This document shows, piece after piece, positions 1 to 11,376 of a DNA stretch of 64,000 bases. Under the pieces are notes generated by a model. The model had not been told where the DNA came from. It worked only from the letters and a program-made list of their open reading frames with translations, and did no database searches. The stretch is from positions 372,001 to 436,000 of the forward strand of contig MCFH01000043.1 in the NCBI GenBank assembly GCA_002104945.1. Reading direction: 5' to 3'. The stretch's first letter is position 1. The number at the start of each line of letters is the position of its first letter. Origin of the DNA: Piromyces finnis finn (taxonomy: Eukaryota > Fungi > Neocallimastigomycota). The translations under genes were made by a program, and so were the position numbers.

Positions 1-264
1 ATAATGATGATAGGGATAAAAGTTAAAGAAAATATATTATTATAAATTATTGACTTTTTTTTTTTCGTAATATATATATGTATATTCAATTATGGTTAAT
101 AAATTTTTATATTATGTATATGGTCGACTGTTTTTTTATATTTTTTTTTTTTGATAATAATGATGATAATAGATAATAATAATAATAATAATTTTTTTTA
201 TTACTTTATTTTTTGAAAGAAAAGAAAAAACAAAGGAAATAAAAAATAATACATATATTATATA

Positions 265-2241
265 TTAATCACCACCACCACCACCACAGTCACCACAATC
301 CCCACCACAATCTCCATTACTACTATCCCATCCTCCATCCCATCCACCATCTATATTACTACCATAATGGCTACCACTTTGATTGCCTATATCAATTAAT
401 ACATCCAACATTTTCAACTGAAAGTCAAATATCTCTTCATATAAGTCTTTTGGCATGACAAATCTTCCTTTTGATTTATAAAATAAATTATAAACTTCTC
501 TTGCGTTTCTTTGTAAATGCCCATAATATACAGAACGTTCTGATTTTATCGTATAATTAGATAATTTAATGTTCATCTGACTTTCATATTCCTTTTGATA
601 TTGATTATTTTTTATTTTACCTAAAATTATGGATGGATCATCCTCAAGTATTTTATTTTTTTTAAATATACCAAATATACTCTTACGTTTTTCGCTTTTT
701 TCATTTTTCAATATGGCGTATGGGTAGACGGGTTGTATTAATAGTTCCGATACTTCATTATTAGGAAATTCGTTTGCAATTTCAAGCGGAGATTTTCCTT
801 GTTTATTTTTAATATGAGGATTGGCATGATGGAAGGCTAATAAATCTACTATATATTTATTATAAGATTCTACGGCATAATGAAGTGCTGTATTACCTAA
901 ATAATCTTGTTGATTAATATCCTGATCTCCTGAAAATATCAAGAATTTTATATGATCACGTAGATTGAGTTTTGAAGAAAAAATAATTAAATTTTCCTTA
1001 TTATCATTAACATCTTTTATATACCTATTATTTCTTTTTAGTAAATTATAGGAAGAATCATAATCGTTATATAAAAAAAAATACATGGCTAAATTATTAC
1101 CATAGTTATCTTTATAATCCAAATCAAAGGTTTTATGATACATGATTAAATTTACGATAGATTTAACATTAAGACTACTGTAAAGTTTAAATATTTCGGG
1201 TTTAATGGCTGAACAAAGACTACTACAACTCATTCCTTTTTTATTTTTTATGGATAAATCTAAATCTTTATAGTTCATTAAAAGTAAAAGAACTGTATAC
1301 CAATCGTTTATAGCCATAAAAAACATGAATGGTGTATTTCCTTCTTCATCAATTCCGATATTGAAATTAACATTTTGTTCAACTAATATTTTTATTATTT
1401 CAAGGTACGATCTAATTTCTTCCTTGTTTTCATTTTGATAGCATTCATAATATTTTTTAATAAGAAGAGAAAGAGCCGTTTCACCAAAACCATTTTTAAA
1501 ATCAAAATTAACACAATTTTGTGTTTCAATTAAAGTTGTTAATTCTTCATACCGTCCATCCTCAATTAAATACATTACTGCAGTTCGTTCATCATTATTA
1601 TAAATATTTAAATAAACATTTTTACATTCTAATATTAATTTAATGGGTTTATATATTTTATTTTTACAACAGTAGGTTAAAATAGAATCATTATTCTTGT
1701 TTAAATGATTAATATCAATTCCTGAATCAATTAGTAATTTAAAGGCCTCAGGATTATTTACAGCATGAAATAAGGCTGTTTGTCCATCTTTATCAGTCAT
1801 TTTTAATATATTATCATTATCAATAAAGTAATTAATGTATGTTAAAAGTTTAGGAATTTTAACAACATACATCATAGCCGTCATTCCTTTTTCATCTTTA
1901 ATACAAAGATTTACCTCCATAGATAATAGCCAATTTATAGCATCTTCATTTCCTTTAGCACATGCTTTTACCAAAACATCACTTTCTCTAAACATTACTA
2001 AAACAAAAGAAAAAAAGTCATGAATAAGAACTTTTTCTATTAAAGAAAACCCAAAGTCATTGTATGTCTCAACAACTATATTATTAAATTTATCAATAAA
2101 ATTTTTACAATATTTTATTTTTTTGGAATTGAAATAGTTTTTGATAACCTCTTCATTATTATCGATATCATTTAAACATTCATTTTCATTTTTTTCTTTT
2201 AAATGATTTAATATATTACTTTCAAATAATTCAAAATCCAT
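265..2241 (-). CDS. Ankyrin-repeat protein, 658 aa, single exon, Gly/Asp/Cys-rich C-terminal tail
   Basis: About 11 ankyrin-type motifs, e.g. DEKGMTAMMY, DKDGQTALFHAV, NGFGETALSLLI, DEEGNTPFMFF, QDYLGNTALHYAV, NKQGKSPLEIA. No signal peptide. Ends GGWDGGWDSSNGDCGGDCGDCGGGGGD. Confidence 0.9.
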   Translation of the reverse strand: MDFELFESNILNHLKEKNENECLNDIDNNEEVIKNYFNSKKIKYCKNFIDKFNNIVVETYNDFGFSLIEKVLIHDFFSFVLVMFRESDVLVKACAKGNEDAINWLLSMEVNLCIKDEKGMTAMMYVVKIPKLLTYINYFIDNDNILKMTDKDGQTALFHAVNNPEAFKLLIDSGIDINHLNKNNDSILTYCCKNKIYKPIKLILECKNVYLNIYNNDERTAVMYLIEDGRYEELTTLIETQNCVNFDFKNGFGETALSLLIKKYYECYQNENKEEIRSYLEIIKILVEQNVNFNIGIDEEGNTPFMFFMAINDWYTVLLLLMNYKDLDLSIKNKKGMSCSSLCSAIKPEIFKLYSSLNVKSIVNLIMYHKTFDLDYKDNYGNNLAMYFFLYNDYDSSYNLLKRNNRYIKDVNDNKENLIIFSSKLNLRDHIKFLIFSGDQDINQQDYLGNTALHYAVESYNKYIVDLLAFHHANPHIKNKQGKSPLEIANEFPNNEVSELLIQPVYPYAILKNEKSEKRKSIFGIFKKNKILEDDPSIILGKIKNNQYQKEYESQMNIKLSNYTIKSERSVYYGHLQRNAREVYNLFYKSKGRFVMPKDLYEEIFDFQLKMLDVLIDIGNQSGSHYGSNIDGGWDGGWDSSNGDCGGDCGDCGGGGGD

Positions 2242-3063
2242 TACTTGTTTATTATATTTTATTATTTTTATACTTTTTTTTTTTTTTGTCTTTTCAATTT
2301 AATTTACAAATTTACAACAAATTTTATTTTTACTTTATCCTTTTTTATTTATTTATAATTTTTTTTTTTTTCATTTTCTTTTTTTTTTTTTTTTCCTACA
2401 AAAATAAAAGGATTTATTAAGATATTTATAGTCAACTTTTTTTTTTTTTTTAATATTTATTTATTTTATTTAAATTAATTTTATTTGTTACTCTAAAACT
2501 TTAATTGTTATTCATCATTCATTTTCACTTGGCCTACTAATTAAAAATATTAAAAATACACACTTTATAATATTATTATCTTTTAATTTTTATTATAACA
2601 CTTCCCAACAACAACAACAACAACACCAAAAATGTTGGTATTAAGAAAATAATCCATAATTATTTTCTATATTTTATTCTTACCTGCCTTTTTTTTTTGT
2701 TTGTTTGTTTGTTTTTGTTTATTTTTTTTTTTTTGTAACCAGAAATATAGGCAATTGAAAAAAAAAATTTTCATTTAAAATTGTGACCTGTCATAAAATA
2801 TTTACTTTTATATTTCATAAATTAGAATTTATTTTAATATATTTTAATATTTACATCTAATATTTTATTTTATAATATAATAAATAATAAACAAATATTA
2901 TTATATATTATTGTATATAAATCTAATATATTAATTATTATAAAAATGAATGTGTCCCATCTTGGAAAAGTGCAGTTTAAAAAAAAAAAAAGATTCTTTA
3001 AATAATAATAATAATAATAAATAATAACATCAGATAATAATAACAAAAGCAATAATGCAATGC

Positions 3064-3316
<253 letters not shown>

Positions 3317-5545
3317 TAGTGTATTTAAAAATTGTAAAATATTATAATAACGATTTTCTAGTTGAATTTCTTAATCATACTCTTCCTTTATTATTTTTTG
3401 CTCTACTCATAATATAAATATTTCAATTATAGAATTTTTATTTTATATGTGTTACTTTTTTTTTAAAAAAAAGACAAATAATCAAACATTAATAATAATA
3501 GGGATTATTCTTACTGTAAGAAATAATGGATAATTTTACGATTTTATTCACTTTAATGGTTTGTCCCTAACTCTAACAGAAATATATCTGTTACATTAAA
3601 AAAAAAAAAGGGAGTTTATTAATATTACTTTTTATAAAGACTTTTACATAATTCTTTATTTTTCATCTTGAATCTTTTTTTTCTGCCTGGAATTCTGTCA
3701 GTGCTTGAATTCCCTTTGCCTAATTTATATAAAAAAACTAAAGAATCTTCTTTACTACATTCATTAGTTAATTGAATATCCCTATGAAAATATGAAAAAA
3801 TTAAAATAGATTAAGAAAACCTTTAATAAGTATATAACATTATCTAAATCTATTATTGTTTTCTTAAAACTTGTTATAAATAGTTATTGACAAAGTCTTT
3901 TTATATCATTATTAATATTTGTTATAGTATTTGGAAAAAAGTAGCAGCAAAATAACCACCAACTTTATATTTTAATGGCAAAAATTTCTATCAGTAAAAT
4001 ACATAAATTTCAAATTTAATTTTTTTTTTAGAATGATCTATTATTCTAAAACAAATAACTGCCTTTTAAAAAATATCTTTAAATTACTTTTTTTTCTTTT
4101 TTTTTATAATAAACAATGCTTTTATTAGGATTTTAGTGCAACTTCTCTTCAATTGATATTTAAAGTAAGAATAATAAATATGTTAGTAGTTTTTAAATAC
4201 TTTTTTTCAAAGTGAATCTTCAATCGTAGAATTACTTAAAAATATATTTAATTTTTTAAAAATTATGTAATATTCCAAAAAAATAAAAGTTAAAATACAT
4301 AAACTTTATTTAATAATAATTTATTTTTTAATTTGAAAAATAATTTATAATTAATAAATCCTTTAATTAAAATTTAATTTAATATAAAAATGATTATTGA
4401 TTATTGGATCACAAGATTATTTATTTAATTATGTTAAGTCTACATTAATTTATTTCTTATTTACATAAAAAAATGAAAGATATATCCATTAAATAAAGAT
4501 AGTTTACATGTAAGGTACTCTTTTCTTATAGAATCATAATGAAATAATGAAATGGAATAATAATTGAATAAACAGTTTCTAATTAATTTTTGTATTAATA
4601 ATATTTTTTAAATTGTGTTATTTAATTATAATGCTATATAGATATTTATACAACAGGAATTAAAGCAATACATTTGTTACAAAATTTATTGAAAAAAGTT
4701 TCAAAAATAATAAAAGTTATATACGATAATAGTAACAACAGTATTGGAAGTAATATTTATGATAAATAAAATAATATGTTCATTTCTTTTTTTATTATTT
4801 TTCTTTCCTTTTTCCTTTTTTATTATTATAAAGTATAGATAATAAAACTTTCTATATTTTTTTAATTATTCATTCGTACTTTAAAATTTTTGTAAATGAA
4901 TCATGAATTATTAAAAAAAAAAAATATACTTTAGTATAATTAATTATTAAATATAATTATCCTTATAATTAAGAAGGAAAAAAGAAATAAAACAGAAATT
5001 GATGAATAATTAAATAACTATTAAAGAAAATTTTAAAAGATAAAATATATATGCATACATTACATCTATTATTAAATTTTCATGTTTGCTATAATTTCTT
5101 TTATTTCTTTTCTATTTATTTATTTCTTGAAAGAAAATATGTGTTAATATTGTTAATATATATCCTAATGAAATTCATATAGTTGTACGTCTTTTGTTAA
5201 AAAGACTATATTAAAAAAAAACTTAATTCCGATAAAAAATTGAAATAAAAAAAAAAGTATATACATTAAACTGTATTTATAATAAAATATTGTTAAAAGA
5301 TATAAAGTTATTTACATAATGAATAAAAAAAAAAGAGAGAAATATAATTAAGCATGCAATAATTTATTTGTGATTAGAAAAAAAAAAAAGAAAAGAAAAT
5401 TATAACTATTTTTTGTTATTATCATTTGTTGTTTTAGTAAATATTTTCTTTTTCTTTTCTTTTTTTTTTTTTTGATTATTATATTGTTATCATGATTTTA
5501 ATTTTTTCTTTTCTCCTTTTTTTCTCACACTTTGATATATATTAA

Positions 5546-6727
5546 TTATTGATATGCTTTTTGACCAGTACATTCTGACATAGTCACCATATTATAATTA
5601 TGACTTTTCATATATTCAATTTCAGCTTTTACTAATTCAACAAGTTTTTCACCACTAATAGTTTGATAGAAACTATGATTTATTGAAATAATGGATTCAC
5701 CAAGACGTTCTTTAAATTGAGAAAGTGAATAGTTAATATCACCACTATATTTCCAATCTAAAGTATCTATATTCCACATGATCATTCCGGTATAACCAAG
5801 GTATTCAAGAGTATTAAGAACAAATTGATTATTAAAACCAGAACCATAAGGTGGTCTTACAAAAGCTGGTTTTACACCAATAATACTTTTAAGAGCGTCT
5901 TCTAAACGTGTCATTTGAACTTCAATTTCACCTACCGATAGTTTTTCAAGATCAGCATGATTAAAGGTATGACTACCAATTTCATGACCTTCATTATAAA
6001 TTCTCTTGATAATTTTTTGACCTTGTTCTGATGTAATATCCATTACATTATTTCCATTAACAAAAAATGTTGCTTTAGCATTAATAGATTTAAGATAATC
6101 TAAAAGTAATTCATCATAAATGTATGGTCCATCATCAAATGTAAGAGCCCATTGATTATCCTTAACACATTTATTAAATACTTTTATATGTCCTGAGGAG
6201 GTGGAGGAAGAAGAGGAAGAAGAAATATGACATATACCATATTTACTTTGACAACCGGTACTACAATAATTACTACCATTACCACACCAACCATATTTAC
6301 TACAACATTGATTTTCTGGACATTTTTTTCCATTGGATGAACCACAACGTCCATCATATGATATAGATCTTGAGGAAGGGTTAGTAGTGGTAGAATTACA
6401 TTCACCAAAGTAACGCAAACAACCAAGACCACAATGCTCATCACCAGTACCACACCAACCATACATACTACAACATTTTTTATTTGGACAAACCTTATTA
6501 TCATAATTTGGTCCACAGCGTCCATCTGTAGAAATACTATGAGATTTACAGGTACCATATTTATGCTGACAACCTACTCCACAATATTCATTTGTAGTAC
6601 CACAATAACCATGTTGACTACAACAATATCCAAGTGGACAACTTACACCATTTCCACACTTTCCTGCTTCTAAACCAAATACTTTATAGATGAAAGGTAT
6701 TAAAACTGAAAACTTAAATAACTTCAT
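5546..6727 (-). CDS. Secreted CE4 polysaccharide (chitin) deacetylase with three N-terminal CBM18 (hevein-like) domains, 393 aa
   Basis: Signal-like MKLFKFSVLIPFIYKVFG. Three C-G-x-C-x-CCSxxGxCG-x-C-x-GC-x-C modules, then a Ser/Thr linker. NodB/CE4 motifs TFDDGP, HTFNH, RPPYG, DTLDW, SINH. Confidence 0.93.
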   Translation of the reverse strand: MKLFKFSVLIPFIYKVFGLEAGKCGNGVSCPLGYCCSQHGYCGTTNEYCGVGCQHKYGTCKSHSISTDGRCGPNYDNKVCPNKKCCSMYGWCGTGDEHCGLGCLRYFGECNSTTTNPSSRSISYDGRCGSSNGKKCPENQCCSKYGWCGNGSNYCSTGCQSKYGICHISSSSSSSTSSGHIKVFNKCVKDNQWALTFDDGPYIYDELLLDYLKSINAKATFFVNGNNVMDITSEQGQKIIKRIYNEGHEIGSHTFNHADLEKLSVGEIEVQMTRLEDALKSIIGVKPAFVRPPYGSGFNNQFVLNTLEYLGYTGMIMWNIDTLDWKYSGDINYSLSQFKERLGESIISINHSFYQTISGEKLVELVKAEIEYMKSHNYNMVTMSECTGQKAYQ

Positions 6728-6844
6728 TTTTTTTTATTGTTTTATAGCTTTATTATAATTTATTATATATGATTTCTTAAAAAGGATTTATAAGAAAATC
6801 TAATATTATTGTTATCTTAATAATAGAGAATAATAATAAATATA

Positions 6845-6892
<48 letters not shown>

Positions 6893-7910
6893 TGTTAATA
6901 AATGAATAGCATAAAAATTATTACTACTACTCTATTCTTATTATTCTATGCTATATAATATTTTTTATTACCTTTTATGTAAGTTTTAAAGAAAGTAGAA
7001 AAAAAAAGATAATAAAATTTAAATATAATTTTTTATCCATTAAAGTTTTTAACTTTAATTATTTTTTAAATTTTAGTTTTTTTATTGAATAAATAATAAT
7101 AATAATAATAATAATAATTATTATTATTATTATTATTATATTTAATTATTTATTTTTTCTTAGTAATAATAAAATGTAGAGTGATATGCATTAGAGTTTA
7201 TTGATTCATTAAAAAAAAATAATAATAATAATAAAATTTAAAAACAAATAAATTTATAAATTGGACAAATATTTCCAATATTATTATAAAAATAAAAATT
7301 GGTATGGAATATTATTAATTGTCTTTCCTTTATTATTTTTCTTTTTGAAAGAAGATATATATATATATATTTATCCTTTGAATCTTTTTTAATATATAAT
7401 AATTTTATAGAAAGACTTTCAATAACATATACCCGATTTTACCGTTTATTCTCAAAGCTAAAATTAAAAAGAGATTGATAAACATAAAGAAAAAAAATAT
7501 ACATTAATAAGTAATGTAAAATAATTTTAAATCACTCTATTCATTCCATATTAAGGATTTTCTATTTTTTTTTTTTTTTATTATAATAAAAAAGATTAAA
7601 GGTTAATAATTCTATTTAATAAAAAAAATATAAAGAATTAATTGACTTTTTTTTTATTATTATATATTTATTTATAATTTCAAAAATTATGTATGCTTAG
7701 GATTATTATTAAAGTTTACATATTTTTTTTAATTGTAAAAAATAATTTGGGTTTCTTCAATGATAATGTGATAATAAAAATTGTTTTTTATTTCATAGTA
7801 ACTATTTTTTTTAAAGAAAAAAAAATTTATAATTTATATTTAAAAGAAAAAAAAAATAAGAAAAAGCTATATTTATTCATTATTTTTTTTTTTCCTAATT
7901 TTAATATTAA

Positions 7911-7946
<36 letters not shown>

Positions 7947-8115
7947 GGTTTTTACTACTCTACAATAAATAATTATCATACAGCCATATTAAATAATTTA
8001 AATTAAAAAAAATAGTAGAATAAAAAATTTATATTTAAAAACGCTATCTATCTATTTTCAATACCAACTTCTTACCCGGAAAAAAAAAAGGTTGAAATTT
8101 ATATTAAAATATAAA

Positions 8116-8208
8116 TGCTCCTGGCGGGGATCGAACCCGCGATCTTCGCGTTGCATAAGAGGTACACCCTTATAAGCACGACGCCTTAAACCTCTAGGCT
8201 ACAGGAGC
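8116..8208 (-). tRNA. tRNA-Ile(TAT): tRNA-Ile(UAU) with a 19-nt intron (8152..8170)
   Basis: Minus strand reads GCTCCTG TA GCCT-AGAGGTTTA-AGGC G TCGTG-CT TAT A-[agggtgtacctcttatgca]-A-CGCGA AGATC GCGGG-TTCGATC-CCCGC CAGGAGC A. All four stems pair (one G-U in the anticodon stem), the intron lies at 37/38, the mature length is 74 nt, and a T-run follows. Confidence 0.95.
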
Positions 8209-9668
8209 TTACAATTTTAAAAATTTTTATATAAATTATATAAAGTTTTAATAGGTAATAGCCTTAAAAAATTTCTAATCTATTCAAGTGATTTGATTCT
8301 TCAATAAAGAAAGAAACCAAAACAAAAGCAAAAATATAATAAAGTTAACTCTTCAAATGAGAATTCAATAGTGTCAAAAGATTAAATTTTGTTTAAAAAT
8401 AAAAAAATAATGATTACCCATTTAGTTTCATTGGTACTTCTTACCTATTTCTTAATTCTTTATTTATTCAACCTTGATATATTCTGACTTGCCGTAGTAT
8501 TTTTATGTAGCTATAATTTCTATGAAATTAAAAAAAAAAAAAAAGTAAATAAGAAAGTAATTATGAGAAATCATCATGGATTTATATTATAAAATGTTTT
8601 ATTATGTTTTATTATTTAATATATATTCAATAGTGGTACATGAAATAAGTATTTATAGTAAGTTAGCAACATGTGTATTAATAGAAAATAGTTCTACAAT
8701 ATTTAAATAAATAAAATACTAAATAACTGTACTGCTTTTAATTAAGCAATGAAAGTTAATATTAGAGTTTTAAATTTAAAAAATATTAAAACACTAAAGC
8801 ATGTACAATAGTTTATATGTATATATAGAATTATACTATGAATAAAAATTGTTTATAATTTTATTATTTTATATATATATAGTTATCTAATTTATAGTTT
8901 AAATAAGAATATCAATAATATAAATAAGAAAAGGATTATAAAAAGGTATATAATATATATATATTTTTTCTAATGGCAATCATAATATAAATATAAATAA
9001 TAGAAAGAAAAATTTAAATTTTTTCTTTCTATAATTGTTTGATTCATTTTTTTTTTTGTTGTTGTTGTTGTTGAATAATAATTACTATTTATCTCCTACA
9101 TTATTTTTCTATTTTTTTTTTTTTTTTCAATAAATATATGTATATATATATATATATAATTTTTTTTTTTTAAAAATGGTAAAAGTGCGAATGTATATAC
9201 TATAAAAAAAAAAAAAAAAAACAATACCGTCAAATAAACTAGCAGTTAACTTTGAAAATAAAACTTTTTTTTTTTTGTTTGGTTTACTTTTATTAAAATA
9301 ATAATAATAATATAATTTTTTTTTTTATTTTTTTGTTTTTGTTCGTGTTTGTGTTTTGTTTTTTTATTATTATTATATGGATTTATATTATTTAATAATA
9401 TATTATAGTATTATAGAAAAAAAGAATAATTTTCTAATATCTTATATATAAAAATTAAAATATGTTTATTCCCAAAGTTATAAATTTATATATATATATA
9501 TATATTCTTTATTTTTATTTTTTTTCTTAAAAAAAACGATTAAACTATATTACTACGTGTATTCATTTTTTTCACATAATAATCATTACTTTAATTTCTA
9601 TTATTATTTTTTTTATTGTTTAATTTTTTTTTAAAAAAAAATGTCTTAAAAGAAAAATAAACGTAGTT

Positions 9669-9700
<32 letters not shown>

Positions 9701-11376
9701 TTGTTTTTTCTTTAAAAATAAAGTAAAATAATAAATATATAATAAAAAAAAAATTAAATCCACCTTTTAATTAAATATCTTTAAATTTGCATTTTAAAGA
9801 AGTACTCATTATAAAAGTGGTTAATTTTATTAAATTATATTGATATTTTTTATCAAAAAATTATTTTTACTTTCATTTGATCCCATCAAGGTTTTTTTTT
9901 TGGTTTGTTTGTTTGTTTGTTTTGTTTTTTGTTCTTTGTTTTTACTTTGCTGAATTTTTTTTTTTTTTTTTTGTATATCAAAAAAAAAAAAAAAAAAAAA
10001 GGATATAAAAAAGGAATTAAGAAAAGAAAAAATAAAGGTTGATTTATCGTAAAACTTTTTTTTTTGAATTGATACTTTATGTTATTTTTAATAATCATTA
10101 CTTTCAATTATTCAAAATTAAATTTATATAAAAAATTCAGTAGGAACAAAACCAATTTTTTATATTGAAACAATTTTATTTAAATTGTTATTACTTTTAT
10201 TTTAAAATTTTATGATGTTATAAAAATTTAAAAAATAAAACGTCAAAATAATTTGAAAATTTAAAAAGAACAAAATTTTCTTTTCTAAAAAATGAAAAAC
10301 AAAAAAAAGTACTGAATCTTTTATAATTAAATGGTGAGTGTAAAAGAGTACTATATTTTTAAAAACATAAAAAATCTAAATTAAAAAAAGCTATCTAAAA
10401 TCTTTTTAATAAAAAAAAAACCTTTATGATAATAATGGATTCTTATTTGGTTGTACTAAAATTTGTTCTTCGAAGCTAATAATTTTGAATTTAAAATTAT
10501 TTATTGATATTATAGATATTGTCTTTTTCTTTTCTTAATTTTTTTTTCCTTTTTTTTTTTTTTATAATTATTTTTTGATATTGTCTTAATTTTAATATTG
10601 ATTATTTAATAATAATAAAAAATCATTTGTTGAGATTTTTGAAAAAAAAAAAAAGGTAATTGTCAATATTTTAAGTAAAAATTTAAAAACATATGATTTA
10701 TTATATCTATTTTTTTCTTTTTCTGAAATTAAATAACTATTAATTTTGCTTTTAAAGTTGATAAGAAAATAGATTATTAATAATAAATTAGAAGATATAA
10801 TTGTGAAAAGAAACATTTCTGAAAATAAATAATATTGTTAAATAATTATGATTAAATAATTGGAGATTGTTGACGATGAAGGGGTCTTTCTATTATGTAT
10901 GTCAATCTATCAACTCTAAAAATAAAAAAAATATAAAAAAGATTTAAATTTAATTTTATTTGTTTGCTTTCCCACATTAATTGTTGAGTTAATTTGTTGG
11001 TTTATACCATTCATTGTTTATTGTTTTAATTCTATTTTGTATGGTATAATTTCTTATATTAATAACAATATATATAGAGGGAAAGGCTTAGTGTTGATAT
11101 AATAAACATATCAAGTCATTTATTTTTATGACTTTTAACTTTTTTTTATTTTTGTATTTTCTTTTATTGTTGTTTATTTTTCGATTAAATTACTTTAGTT
11201 CAATCTATTTTGGTATATTCCTAAAAAATGTCTTGAAATAGATTGACTAATATTTTATTTTTTCTTTTTTTTTATTTATTTGTTGATATGCTATTATTAT
11301 TGTTCTTAATTTATTTTTCTATTAGACAGTCTGGTATTTACAAAGAATAAATGTTAATAAATGTGTTATGATGCAT

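Noticed and set aside
3500-4240. Slightly GC-richer patch with short minus-strand peptides (PLKYKVGGYFAATFF, TDRIPGRKK)
   Set aside because: Many stops and no motif I could assign; may be a relic but cannot be supported.
6184-6673. Val-rich and Thr-rich ORFs overlapping the deacetylase; the same applies to 11536..11874, 27547..28323, 33895..34445, 42340..43272 alternative frames and 47834..48832
   Set aside because: Shadow frames caused by codon bias of the real genes.
10861-10920. GC-richer island with a short ttgac...gtcaa inverted repeat (snoRNA or extra kinase exon?)
   Set aside because: No D box, and a better terminal exon exists at 11412..11377.
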